Origin: Escherichia phage WG01
Sequence record: NC_031928.1
Strand: one strand, 5' to 3'
Length of the DNA: 64,000 nt
Part shown: positions 1 through 8,767 of the stretch, one piece after another
Layout: each line of letters starts with the position of its first letter
How positions within the stretch are numbered: position 1 is the first letter of the stretch
Position numbers and translations under genes: made by a program
Notes under the pieces: generated by a model
Told to the model about the DNA's origin: nothing
Seen by the model: only the letters and a program-made list of their open reading frames with translations
Databases searched by the model: none

Positions 1-30
1 AGAGGAGGTCAAACACTTAATATTGTACAT
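1..30 (-). CDS. rIIB: rIIB N-terminus (partial; gene continues beyond window start)
   Basis: ATG at 30-28 (minus) preceded by AAGGAAA RBS; encoded MYNIKCLTSS matches recalled T4 rIIB N-terminus; lies immediately downstream of rIIA as in T4. Confidence 0.6.
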   Translation of the reverse strand, partial: MYNIKCLTSS

Positions 31-44
31 AATATTTCCTTAGA

Positions 45-2255
45 TTAAGCCGCTTCCACGGCTTTCATGAATTTAACAATTTGAGCTACAGAAGCCTCGG
101 TAATGGATGTTCCACGACGATACATGTAGTCCGAAACTAAATGGTAATCAGATTCAAACTGTACAGTCATTTTATCATTGTTGCTTGAAGCATTATCAGT
201 CAACTTAAAAAAAGTATTGTTACAAATTTTCTTGATAACGGAAAGCTTATCATCAGTGATATAACCATGGAAATTCATATAACGGAATATATCATAGAAA
301 TTACTCAGACGAGTATATGCTTCAGTTACCGGCTTATCACTGAAATACTTGGTCATGAAATTAAGCTGAGGGAACTTAGCAATGATTTCAAGGTAATACC
401 GAGCTCGAGTATTGCTACCAAGGTAGTCATCAACATCTACCGCGTCTAAGGCTTCAGCATAGGCTTCTAATGTAGCTTCCATCAAGCATTCGCACTGGCC
501 TAACTTTTTAATCTTTTTGGCAATCTGAGGGCGAATGATATGGAATTCGGTAGCACCAATCAAATTAGCCATACGACACATGGTAGTGGTATTGATGTCA
601 AAGATACCATAAGCTTCATCCATTCCCATGATATCAGAACGGCTACCAAACAGAACATAACCTGTAATTTCTTCTGCTTCGGCAGCGGTTAAGTACAGGG
701 TTTCATTAGCCCAGCGCCCGTCTTTAATGAACCAACGATAAGCACTTGGTGTTTTAGGACGCGGTTCTGATGAACGGACAGTAACCGGAATCCATGGCTT
801 AACAATTTTATTCAGTTCAGAGACTTTATAAAAATGAATTGTGTCACCTTTAAAAAGTTCTTTAACCTTTTCAAGTTGTTGCATTTGCAACATTGAATTT
901 GGGTCGACAAAAATAAGGTCAGTTCCGTATTTAGGAATATTGTTCTCTTTAACAATTTTCTTAGCCGAAGCACTGTTGTCCATTGCCAGAGCCCAAAGAC
1001 CTCGAACTAATGGCACACGACCTTTTTCATCATCATAAACAACATGGATTTCTTTCTTATTAATGCCTAATAAATTACTAAGTCCTGCTACCGAAGAAGT
1101 ATTACCACTTGACTTAATTCGTTTCAAACGTGGGTCTGAAACGACTTCGTAAACCACACCTAAATTAATAAGGTCGTTTTGAAGGGTATAACGCTGGTAT
1201 AATTTCTCATATGTCAATTTTTCTGTAGTAAACAGGCTAGTTCCACCTTTTTTGGTAAGATAGTCACGAGCACTGTAACCAAGGTTAGAAAGGTCACGAT
1301 AAACATGGCGTGGATTATCAGATTCAACCCATTCCTGTGTATCGTTTTTAAAGACCACTGCATCCAGTGCTTCGATACGGGTTGCAATATTTTCCATCGT
1401 ACGTTTATCAAGAGACAACACTTCACGAGACGGAGCAATATCCAGTGAACCCATAGGGAACTTAATATAAACTACATCATGGCGAGTACGCATCCATGTG
1501 CCTTTATTATAGGCAGAATCCAATGGATAAACAATACCACCATAAACTGCATAAAGTCCTGAACGTTCGAAGCTGCCATAATTTGTAGTGGTTACAGGAT
1601 GGTAATCGTCAAATTCAGGGAAATAATCAACTTCAACACCGTCTACATCACCAAGACCAATGAAAGGCCGCATGATATAACGAACTTCAGTTTCAAACTT
1701 ACGGAAATCTTCTTCATCAACAGGAACCGTGATTTCGATACCTGTTTTATCACCTGGCTGCATAGGTTCTACGAAAGTAGGTTTAATCTGCGGGCCATCA
1801 CCATCCATATATGCTACATAACCGCGAACTTCGCCATTGTGCCATGAGGTGATATTAAACGTTTCGGTATAACTGAACGGAGATTTTGAACCAAGGCCAA
1901 AGCCACCGATGAAATCGTTAGAAGCCGTTTTGGATGATGCGAAATAAGAGTTGTACAAACCTGTTTCGTTTTCATCACCACGAATTTGGAAATCACTCAT
2001 ACCCGGACCGAAATCACGACATACAAAGCGAGGGTCTAGTTTACCAGGAACCTGTACTTTCCAACGTTCTTTATTACCATTTAGAATATGGGCATCAATC
2101 ATGTTGGTAATTAGTTCACGAACTACGGCACGTACTTTATTACTATAAAGGTCTGATGACAAAATTTTAAAGACCTTAGGCGATGCCTGAATAGTAAAGC
2201 CTGTGGACTTAGCACCATTACCAATGATTTGTTCTTTTTCGGTTTCAATAATCAT
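45..2255 (-). CDS. rIIA: rIIA protein (GHKL/HATPase-like; protector from prophage-mediated exclusion)
   Basis: 736-aa ORF; N-terminus MIIETEKE...PKVFKILSSDLYSNKVRAVVRELITNMIDAH matches recalled T4 rIIA; ATG start confirmed. Confidence 0.9.
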   Translation of the reverse strand: MIIETEKEQIIGNGAKSTGFTIQASPKVFKILSSDLYSNKVRAVVRELITNMIDAHILNGNKERWKVQVPGKLDPRFVCRDFGPGMSDFQIRGDENETGLYNSYFASSKTASNDFIGGFGLGSKSPFSYTETFNITSWHNGEVRGYVAYMDGDGPQIKPTFVEPMQPGDKTGIEITVPVDEEDFRKFETEVRYIMRPFIGLGDVDGVEVDYFPEFDDYHPVTTTNYGSFERSGLYAVYGGIVYPLDSAYNKGTWMRTRHDVVYIKFPMGSLDIAPSREVLSLDKRTMENIATRIEALDAVVFKNDTQEWVESDNPRHVYRDLSNLGYSARDYLTKKGGTSLFTTEKLTYEKLYQRYTLQNDLINLGVVYEVVSDPRLKRIKSSGNTSSVAGLSNLLGINKKEIHVVYDDEKGRVPLVRGLWALAMDNSASAKKIVKENNIPKYGTDLIFVDPNSMLQMQQLEKVKELFKGDTIHFYKVSELNKIVKPWIPVTVRSSEPRPKTPSAYRWFIKDGRWANETLYLTAAEAEEITGYVLFGSRSDIMGMDEAYGIFDINTTTMCRMANLIGATEFHIIRPQIAKKIKKLGQCECLMEATLEAYAEALDAVDVDDYLGSNTRARYYLEIIAKFPQLNFMTKYFSDKPVTEAYTRLSNFYDIFRYMNFHGYITDDKLSVIKKICNNTFFKLTDNASSNNDKMTVQFESDYHLVSDYMYRRGTSITEASVAQIVKFMKAVEAA

Positions 2256-2262
2256 ATTTTTC

Positions 2263-2466
2263 TCAATTCAGGTTACGTTTAAAAATGTCTGCCACTTCAA
2301 GGAGCTCGTCCTTAGTAGCGATGTCGTTGAGTATTTTATATCTGATTTCTTTAAAGCGTTCTTTAAAATCCTCAGCCGCATTGATATCAAAAAATCGTTG
2401 GATTAACCGGAATTCTTTATGGACGGCTTTATCGAACAAATCAATATTCACTTTAAAGTTTGTCAT
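2263..2466 (-). CDS. hypothetical small protein (rIIA.1 position)
   Basis: 67-aa ORF directly upstream of rIIA, co-directional; no recognised motif. Confidence 0.5.
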   Translation of the reverse strand: MTNFKVNIDLFDKAVHKEFRLIQRFFDINAAEDFKERFKEIRYKILNDIATKDELLEVADIFKRNLN

Positions 2467-2776
2467 TTTTAACTACCTCATGTTGAACATATTCTCTGGT
2501 AGAACCTAGTTCAGCCAGAATTCTTCTCATAGAACCCATTGTACTTTTGTGCTCTCTGTGGCGATACATTATCTCTAAAACCTTTTCCTGGACCACAGGA
2601 GAGAGCGCCTGGTTATCTTTAATCTTTAAGGCAATAGATTTTACAGCCTTAAGGTATTCAAGTCCCTTACCGCTTGTAGTCACTACTCCTTCATCTTTAC
2701 AGTTACGAATGGCCGTTTCCATAAAGGATAAAGCTAGATTGTCAGTGTTCACTATACTGTTATCTTGCATAATCAT
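2453..2776 (-). CDS. hypothetical protein
   Basis: ORF-track ORF 2453..2809 trimmed to ATG at 2776 which has a GAGGTGA RBS; no recognised motif. Confidence 0.45.
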   Translation of the reverse strand: MIMQDNSIVNTDNLALSFMETAIRNCKDEGVVTTSGKGLEYLKAVKSIALKIKDNQALSPVVQEKVLEIMYRHREHKSTMGSMRRILAELGSTREYVQHEVVKNDKL

Positions 2777-2823
2777 ATTCTCACCTCTAGATAATCCTAT
2801 CATAACCACAGGTCTTTGTAAAC

Positions 2824-2848
2824 CCCGAAAAGGGCCCGAAGGCCCTTA
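2824..2848 (-). terminator. stem-loop terminator (GNRA-like CGAA loop)
   Basis: AAGGGCC CGAA GGCCCTT hairpin after small ORF 2854..3015. Confidence 0.5.
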
Positions 2849-2853
2849 TTAGT

Positions 2854-3015
2854 TTAGTTACTTGAATCGACCTTATAGACTTGTCCGCGGGTTTGGTAAA
2901 CTTCGCCGTCCCATGTCTCGACTGTAATAGTCACGTATTCTGCAAACTGAGGTCTAGTATCAGTCCAGATATAACCGTATTCACCGGTGACGAGCGTAAC
3001 CCAGTACTTTCTCAT
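2854..3015 (-). CDS. hypothetical small protein (53 aa)
   Basis: Hand-translated minus ORF MRKYWVTLVTGEYGYIW... with AAGGAG RBS 6 nt upstream; below the track length cutoff; followed by terminator hairpin. Confidence 0.35.
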   Translation of the reverse strand: MRKYWVTLVTGEYGYIWTDTRPQFAEYVTITVETWDGEVYQTRGQVYKVDSSN

Positions 3016-3059
3016 AAAGTCTCCTTTTGTATGGCACCAATTAGTACCATACGTATTTA

Positions 3060-4877
3060 TTACGACATCCAGGCCTTACGGAGTTGTGGGTCATTACCAA
3101 GGAGCATTTCGAACTGTTCTTTCCAATCTTCAGGTAATTGAACCACATCAAATTTAGGGTCTTGAATCATTCGACGGTATTCAGCTTTCTCAAGAGAACC
3201 TAGTCCTTTGATATACCGAATAGAATGTTTTGGTAGAGAGTCCTTAGCTTTGGTATAACTAGGAACATCATAGAACCATTCTTGTTCTTTACCAACCTGG
3301 GCAATAATTACAGGTGTTTTACAGAAACGTACTCGGCCTTGTTCGAACAATTCAGGCCATTGACTAAAGAAGGCTAGCAATGATGGATAAATCGAGCCAG
3401 TACCATCCACATCGGCATCAGTCATAATAGCAATATTACGATAGTTAGTTTTCTCTGCAGGTTCACCAATAACCAATCCAGTGATTGCACAGATATCAAA
3501 TAGTTCTTTGTTCTTCATGATATCTGTTGCTGTCATTCCCCAGGTATTCATAACCTTACCACGTAATGGGTAACCGCCTTGAAGGTCTTTATTACGGACT
3601 TCAATGAAAGGACCCATAGCGGAATCACCTTCGGTTAGGAACAGGGTTGTATCAGCATCTTTGCCGTATAAGTTAGCTTTAATATGCTTATGGACCTTGG
3701 CTTTAGAAGCTTTCTTAGCGGCTTTAGTTTCAGCGGCCTTTTCAGCTGCTAATTTACGTGCTAAAGCAGCTTCAACGATAGGCATAATCAACCCATCGAC
3801 TTTAAGAATAGCTGTGGCAATTTTCTTAGCATCAATTTGGATATGATTACGAATCTCGCCAAAAGGAGATGTTAAGCGCTCTTTAGTCTGGGAATCAAAA
3901 CGCATGTTGCTCATATCACGAATGAACATCACCATCGTAAGGCATTCTTTAACACGAGCTTTAGTTACTTCAATTCCACGGTATTTCTTTTTAATACCTG
4001 GCAGAAGGTGCTCACAGATATCATCGAATACGCATTCAACGTGGTGACCGCCATTCTTGGTGTGGATATTGTTTACATAAGTCAGTTGACGAAATCCATC
4101 CGGAGAAGGAGTGAATGCCATCGAAACATTATCAGTTTCCTGGATTACAAAGTCTTCACCAAATTGCTTAGCATACTTTTTAAAGTTGCCATCTACTTTT
4201 TTACCATTAAAAGTAAATTGAATATCAGGATAAACTACGGCCAGAGTTTGCAATCGGTCTAATGTAATATCCAGATAAATTTGTGACAGGCTATTTTCTT
4301 CGAAATGATTAAAGTCTGGGGTGAATATAACCGAAGTACCCTTACCTTTAGATTTCTTAGTAGACCAACCTTTGTTTTCCATTCCGTTTGAACAGTTAAC
4401 AGTAATCTCATTCTCACCATCAGAGGTGATGCCTGTGAACAAAACAGAGAAGATATTAGTTAAACTACTACCGACACCATTCATGCCGCCTGTCTTACGC
4501 TCAGCGTCATCTCCAAAGTTACCACCTGCCTTTGGAATAGTCCATGCAGCTACAGGACCTGGAATCTGTTCACCATTTTGGTCGGTGACCATTGCTTGTG
4601 GAATACCACGACCATTATCAGAAACTGAAACCTGGTTATTCTTAATTTGAACATCAATTTTATTTGCGAATTTAAAATTGGTACGAATAGCTTCATCGAC
4701 AGAGTTATCAATGATTTCATCAATTAATTTAACCAGTCCAGGAACATAGTTTACCTGTGTAAAATTACCAAACAGGAATCGACCGTGAGCTTCATTAGCA
4801 CTTGAGCCAATATACATCCCACTACGTTTTTTGATATGTTCAATGTCGGACAGTACTTTAATTTCATTCTTAATCAT
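3060..4877 (-). CDS. 39: DNA topoisomerase II large subunit (fused gp39/gp60-type, GyrB-like ATPase)
   Basis: 605-aa ORF with GHKL ATPase N-terminus (LVKLIDEIIDNSVDEA, SDNGRGIP) and TOPRIM-like region; length fits the uninterrupted 39+60 fusion seen in T4 relatives. Confidence 0.9.
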   Translation of the reverse strand: MIKNEIKVLSDIEHIKKRSGMYIGSSANEAHGRFLFGNFTQVNYVPGLVKLIDEIIDNSVDEAIRTNFKFANKIDVQIKNNQVSVSDNGRGIPQAMVTDQNGEQIPGPVAAWTIPKAGGNFGDDAERKTGGMNGVGSSLTNIFSVLFTGITSDGENEITVNCSNGMENKGWSTKKSKGKGTSVIFTPDFNHFEENSLSQIYLDITLDRLQTLAVVYPDIQFTFNGKKVDGNFKKYAKQFGEDFVIQETDNVSMAFTPSPDGFRQLTYVNNIHTKNGGHHVECVFDDICEHLLPGIKKKYRGIEVTKARVKECLTMVMFIRDMSNMRFDSQTKERLTSPFGEIRNHIQIDAKKIATAILKVDGLIMPIVEAALARKLAAEKAAETKAAKKASKAKVHKHIKANLYGKDADTTLFLTEGDSAMGPFIEVRNKDLQGGYPLRGKVMNTWGMTATDIMKNKELFDICAITGLVIGEPAEKTNYRNIAIMTDADVDGTGSIYPSLLAFFSQWPELFEQGRVRFCKTPVIIAQVGKEQEWFYDVPSYTKAKDSLPKHSIRYIKGLGSLEKAEYRRMIQDPKFDVVQLPEDWKEQFEMLLGNDPQLRKAWMS

Positions 4878-4927
4878 GTTATTTCCTCATGTAGTAGGAG
4901 AATATTATCCCATTTCACTTAAAGCAT

Positions 4928-4946
4928 AAAAGGGCCGAAGCCCTTA
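4928..4946 (-). terminator. stem-loop terminator
   Basis: AAGGGC CGAA GCCCTT hairpin at stop of lipoprotein gene. Confidence 0.5.
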
Positions 4947-5204
4947 ATCAAATCGAATGGTCGACTTTTTAAAGAATAATCCAGAACAAACAGTTCCTTC
5001 AACCCTTTTACCTGTCGGACCCACAGCAATAAAGCCTGTACGTTGGAAATCATCTTCAGAACAGCCGAATAGGTTGTATCCTGTGATTTGGATTTGTTCG
5101 TAGCCATTTGCATCCAATACACGGGTAGCATTATCGGCATCAGTACATCCAACCAAAGAAACTGCTAATACGAGAGCTGCAATAGAACGATTAATATATT
5201 TCAT
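4944..5204 (-). CDS. putative lipoprotein
   Basis: 86 aa; N-terminal signal peptide with lipobox-like LVGC (MKYINRSIAALVLAVSLVGC). Confidence 0.55.
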   Translation of the reverse strand: MKYINRSIAALVLAVSLVGCTDADNATRVLDANGYEQIQITGYNLFGCSEDDFQRTGFIAVGPTGKRVEGTVCSGLFFKKSTIRFD

Positions 5205-5210
5205 AATTTC

Positions 5211-5387
5211 TCACTTAGTCAGCAGGTCGTAAAAACCGCCATTAACATGTTTAGGAGCCGAGACTAACCGAACAGCCAGCCGATGGCAATCAGGACAAAC
5301 ATCATTATCTCTTTCAGAGATTTTCTTGATTTTTTCGTATTCTTTTGCACAGTCTTCAGATTGGCATTTGTAATCATAAAGTGGCAT
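5211..5387 (-). CDS. small zinc-ribbon protein (FmdB-like CxxC...CPxC)
   Basis: Hand-translated 58-aa ORF MPLYDYKCQSEDCAKEYEKIKKISERDNDVCPDCHRL...; start is 1 nt after the upstream stop; below track cutoff. Confidence 0.45.
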   Translation of the reverse strand: MPLYDYKCQSEDCAKEYEKIKKISERDNDVCPDCHRLAVRLVSAPKHVNGGFYDLLTK

Positions 5388-5388
5388 A

Positions 5389-5826
5389 TTATTCCTTAAA
5401 GTGAGCTTTCAACATCTGGAAAACTGACCAGGCTTCAGAATTATTAGAGATAGTGATTTTAGTTAAAGGAAAATCACTCGGTTCGAATGGAGCTGCATCT
5501 TCAGACCGGTCTTCGTCTTCAGAGAAACCATCTTCAGCCCATTCGTCTTCACTGTCAACTACAACCATTTCTGTAAAGAATTTACGCTCGCTTGGATATA
5601 AAACCATATCAGTGTTATCACCATAAGCCAAGTCCACGTTCATCACATAACCTGCCGCTAATCTAACAGGGCAAAAACCTTCAGAATTGACAATAATATC
5701 TGCTATAGAAGAATTATCAAGACTCCTAATATTACTGGAATTCAGGTTACGGAATTCAGCTTCTGCCGCATCATCTTTAAAATAATACCACTTACCTTTT
5801 TCAAATTCAAGTTCTTGATTAAGCAT
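5389..5826 (-). CDS. hypothetical acidic protein
   Basis: ORF-track ORF trimmed to first ATG (5826) with GGAAGGA RBS; acidic C-terminus; no recognised motif. Confidence 0.5.
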   Translation of the reverse strand: MLNQELEFEKGKWYYFKDDAAEAEFRNLNSSNIRSLDNSSIADIIVNSEGFCPVRLAAGYVMNVDLAYGDNTDMVLYPSERKFFTEMVVVDSEDEWAEDGFSEDEDRSEDAAPFEPSDFPLTKITISNNSEAWSVFQMLKAHFKE

Positions 5827-6037
5827 TGTAAGTTTCCTTCCAGAAGTCGGTGCCTTCAGCAGTGATTTCACGGAACACTGCATAGATAGGATTTTTATCG
5901 CCTTGATTTTCGTATACATAAACTGACGATAAATGAGAAAACGTATCAGAATGTTCCTTTTGAACCACGATTAAATCAGGGTTGAACAGAACATCTTCAA
6001 ATTCTTCACGAGTAGAGTTCACAGTAACTTTAGCCAT
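5819..6037 (-). CDS. hypothetical protein
   Basis: 72-aa ORF preceded by early-promoter cassette at 6056-6097. Confidence 0.5.
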   Translation of the reverse strand: MAKVTVNSTREEFEDVLFNPDLIVVQKEHSDTFSHLSSVYVYENQGDKNPIYAVFREITAEGTDFWKETYNA

Positions 6038-6055
6038 TTTATTTTCCTCTCATTT

Positions 6056-6097
6056 GTTGATAGGGTAATAGTATCACACTACTACCCTGTTGTATAC
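6056..6097 (-). promoter_or_regulatory. early promoter cassette (variant -35 GTATAC)
   Basis: Conserved motif GTTGATAGG-TA-ATAGTATCA...-35 upstream of 5819..6037. Confidence 0.5.
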
Positions 6098-6109
6098 TGT
6101 TTTTAAACT

Positions 6110-6661
6110 TTATGCAAAATGAATATCAGCATACTCAACAATAAAACTTTCAGGAACTACTTTAAAGGTGCCAAGGAACACGATGTTATACAGCTTAACA
6201 CCTTCTTCAACCCATTGGTCTGTGATGTAACCGGACATACTAGTGGTTTCATAAGTCGGACCGTACTTGCACTTGTATTCAAACGGTTTAGGTGAAACGA
6301 AAAAGACACCTTTACCTAATTTCCATTTGAAATCAACACCAACATGAGATTGGTCAATAGTTTCAACGTCTTGAGCTACTACGCCACGGATATCATTGCT
6401 TTCACACACATACCCATCATGGGATTCAACTTCTTCAACTACAGGAGCGATGTATCCGGTAAATTCAGTCGATTCCAAGAATTTAGGATGCACATAGGCA
6501 AATTCGGTTTCGGTATGGCCATTTTTAGGAATGATACGCACTTTAACTTCTTTAATTCCACCTACTAAATTAGTACGAATACCTGCAACTTCAACAAAAC
6601 GACCCGCGGCTTTTGAGCGAGATTCTTTGGATACACGAACAATTTCACCGATAGTAATCAT
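6110..6661 (-). CDS. hypothetical protein, paralog A of tandem pair
   Basis: 183 aa; C-terminal block ITDQWVEEGVKLYNIVFLGTFKVVPESF shared with the adjacent ORF. Confidence 0.6.
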   Translation of the reverse strand: MITIGEIVRVSKESRSKAAGRFVEVAGIRTNLVGGIKEVKVRIIPKNGHTETEFAYVHPKFLESTEFTGYIAPVVEEVESHDGYVCESNDIRGVVAQDVETIDQSHVGVDFKWKLGKGVFFVSPKPFEYKCKYGPTYETTSMSGYITDQWVEEGVKLYNIVFLGTFKVVPESFIVEYADIHFA

Positions 6662-6692
6662 AATTTTTCTCTCTTGGTTAAAGGTTTATTCT

Positions 6693-6731
6693 CCATGAGA
6701 GCCATTATAACATGGCCCTCGATAAAGTAAA
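6693..6731 (-). promoter_or_regulatory. early promoter (GTTTAC -35, TTATAAT -10) with inverted repeat
   Basis: gtaaac at 6726-6731 and attataa -10 region; flanking ccatgagag/ctccatgag repeat upstream of 6110..6661. Confidence 0.45.
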
Positions 6732-6734
6732 CTA

Positions 6735-7283
6735 TTAATTCAATACATTAACCACTGCACTACGAGGTACTACACTAAAATCACCAGCATGTACAACGTT
6801 CAACAGCTCAACCCCATCTTCAACCCATTGGTCTGTTACCCATCCACAGATAGGATTATCAAAAGGACGACGGATAGACACAGCACGAGTTAGAAGGTCG
6901 GTAGGGCCTTGTTCTTCAACTTCTTGGAACAGGATGAACTCTGCTTCATAAACCAGGGTTTGCTCAATTTTGTTATTGTCTAAACGACGGCCGTGGAGAA
7001 TATAGGCTTTAGAGAACCACTCACTTTTGGCAAATTCTTCAACAATAAATTCGCCTTCGCCAAAAACATCAGTCAGGGTTTTATGGCCGGAAATCAAGGC
7101 CTTAGTTTTAATTTCAGGTTCAACCAGTTTGTAGGTTTTGCCGATTTCGATAGTCTGAGTAGTCATAGTAGGTTCCTTAATTTCCAGTGGTTTAACAGGG
7201 CATACATAAGTGCTTAAAACATCAAAATCAATCAGTTTAGCTGCAGGATTTGGTGTATATTCAGGGTTATAATTAAATTTCAT
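6735..7283 (-). CDS. hypothetical protein, paralog B of tandem pair
   Basis: 182 aa; C-terminal block VTDQWVEDGVELLNVVHAGDFSVVPRSAV shared with 6110..6661. Confidence 0.6.
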   Translation of the reverse strand: MKFNYNPEYTPNPAAKLIDFDVLSTYVCPVKPLEIKEPTMTTQTIEIGKTYKLVEPEIKTKALISGHKTLTDVFGEGEFIVEEFAKSEWFSKAYILHGRRLDNNKIEQTLVYEAEFILFQEVEEQGPTDLLTRAVSIRRPFDNPICGWVTDQWVEDGVELLNVVHAGDFSVVPRSAVVNVLN

Positions 7284-7789
7284 AATTTTCTCATTTCAAT
7301 AAAATCTACGAGTTCGGCATAGGATTTGCGGAACATTAATTGTCGGCCACCGATGACAACCTCATCTTCTGGTATTTCGTAAACAGCAAGATAGAATCCT
7401 TTAGAAGATAATTCTTCACGCTCTTCACGAGTGAACCAGCGCATCATATCATACTCGCTGGCAAAAGCAAAATGGTAAAGATTAACAAACCAACCTGGAA
7501 TATAATCATCACAGCCTTCATAATCAGGCTGGTTCCACTTAGTTCGAATGGTTTTATTAGAATTTTCCACCAACAACTTGTCTTGACTTGGTAGTGGAAT
7601 ATTTTTATTATTGGTATGATGGTGTCTAAAATTAGGTCTGTCGAAACCTACTTCCAATAACCAACCTTCACTCCATTCGTCAAATGAGCCTCTATACGGG
7701 GTTAATTGGCGGCATTGTTGTCGAGTGATTGCGATAACATCGCTGTTGTCTAGGATACTGAACGATGACTCCACTCGATAAATTTTCAT
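7280..7789 (-). CDS. hypothetical protein
   Basis: 169-aa ORF with own early-promoter cassette; no recognised motif. Confidence 0.5.
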   Translation of the reverse strand: MKIYRVESSFSILDNSDVIAITRQQCRQLTPYRGSFDEWSEGWLLEVGFDRPNFRHHHTNNKNIPLPSQDKLLVENSNKTIRTKWNQPDYEGCDDYIPGWFVNLYHFAFASEYDMMRWFTREEREELSSKGFYLAVYEIPEDEVVIGGRQLMFRKSYAELVDFIEMRKL

Positions 7790-7803
7790 TTTGTTCTCCT
7801 CAT

Positions 7804-7845
7804 GTTGATAGGGTAGATAATATCATGTCATGAGGAGAAGTAAAC
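7804..7845 (-). promoter_or_regulatory. early promoter cassette with perfect inverted repeat CTCCTCATG/CATGAGGAG
   Basis: GTTGATAGGGTAGATAATATCA core, gtaaac 7840-7845. Confidence 0.55.
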
Positions 7846-7849
7846 ACTT

Positions 7850-8524
7850 TTATCGATTTTTTACACTTAACGGGTCAGGATTCTCAGGGACATCTTCCAG
7901 GCCTAAGGCATAACGTTGGGCATATTTCAGCATCAAGATATCCTTAGCACAGTCATGGATGGAGTCATGGGCAACAAAGCCATTCAATGTTCCGTTAGGC
8001 AGAGGACACATGCTCAATCCACGAGTTAGTGAATATGCTTCAATAGCCGTACGGATGTCACGTTGGTTCCAGAATTTAACCGGTTCTAATTTACTGGTAT
8101 CGATTTCATTCTCAGGAACACCTTCAGAACGATAAGCATCACGAATTAAGTCGACTAAGATAGGAAAGTCAAAGGACATTCCACGGCACCACATCTGTGA
8201 TTTCCACTGGTCTACTTCGTTTTTACGGCAGTATTCCAAGAAATTACCAAGGCCGATAGAAGTGGACACATCAATTTCGGATGGCGCCAGGTTTTTACGT
8301 GCTTCAGGCCCTTGCTCTTTCCACCACTGTAACGTGCTTTTAGAAAACAGACGTCTATCACGCTGAGAAGCGAGGTCAAATTTAATACGAAGGCCTCGTT
8401 GAGTAAGCTCTTCAAACGTTTCTACAACCTCTGGATTAGGGTCGTAAGCAATTACGGCTAGGTCGATAACCGCTGCATTTTGAGTAGTGGCAAAGGTTTC
8501 AAAGTCAATAATTATATCTTTCAT
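7850..8524 (-). CDS. dexA: exonuclease A (DnaQ-like 3'-5' DEDD exonuclease)
   Basis: 224 aa; N-terminal IIDFETFATT Exo I motif; position upstream of dda as in T4. Confidence 0.75.
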   Translation of the reverse strand: MKDIIIDFETFATTQNAAVIDLAVIAYDPNPEVVETFEELTQRGLRIKFDLASQRDRRLFSKSTLQWWKEQGPEARKNLAPSEIDVSTSIGLGNFLEYCRKNEVDQWKSQMWCRGMSFDFPILVDLIRDAYRSEGVPENEIDTSKLEPVKFWNQRDIRTAIEAYSLTRGLSMCPLPNGTLNGFVAHDSIHDCAKDILMLKYAQRYALGLEDVPENPDPLSVKNR

Positions 8525-8760
8525 TTAACGTACCTCATAAGGTCTCGGATTTGGCCAACGGTGTAGTCTTCAATATAAACCGAAGAGATATTGTCGTCCA
8601 TCAGATTTTGTACTGCAATAAAATCACTTTCAATCTCTTTAAGAGAGTTCAGGACAGTATGGGCCTTTTGCCTAATGCTGATATTATTTTGGTTGACTTT
8701 AATAATATGTTCGGTTTCGAATTTCAACTTATAAAATTGGTCTTTAGTTACTTTAATCAT
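8521..8760 (-). CDS. hypothetical small protein
   Basis: ORF-track ORF trimmed to ATG at 8760 with GAGGAAA RBS; sits between dda and dexA. Confidence 0.4.
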   Translation of the reverse strand: MIKVTKDQFYKLKFETEHIIKVNQNNISIRQKAHTVLNSLKEIESDFIAVQNLMDDNISSVYIEDYTVGQIRDLMRYVK

Positions 8761-8767
8761 ATTTTCC

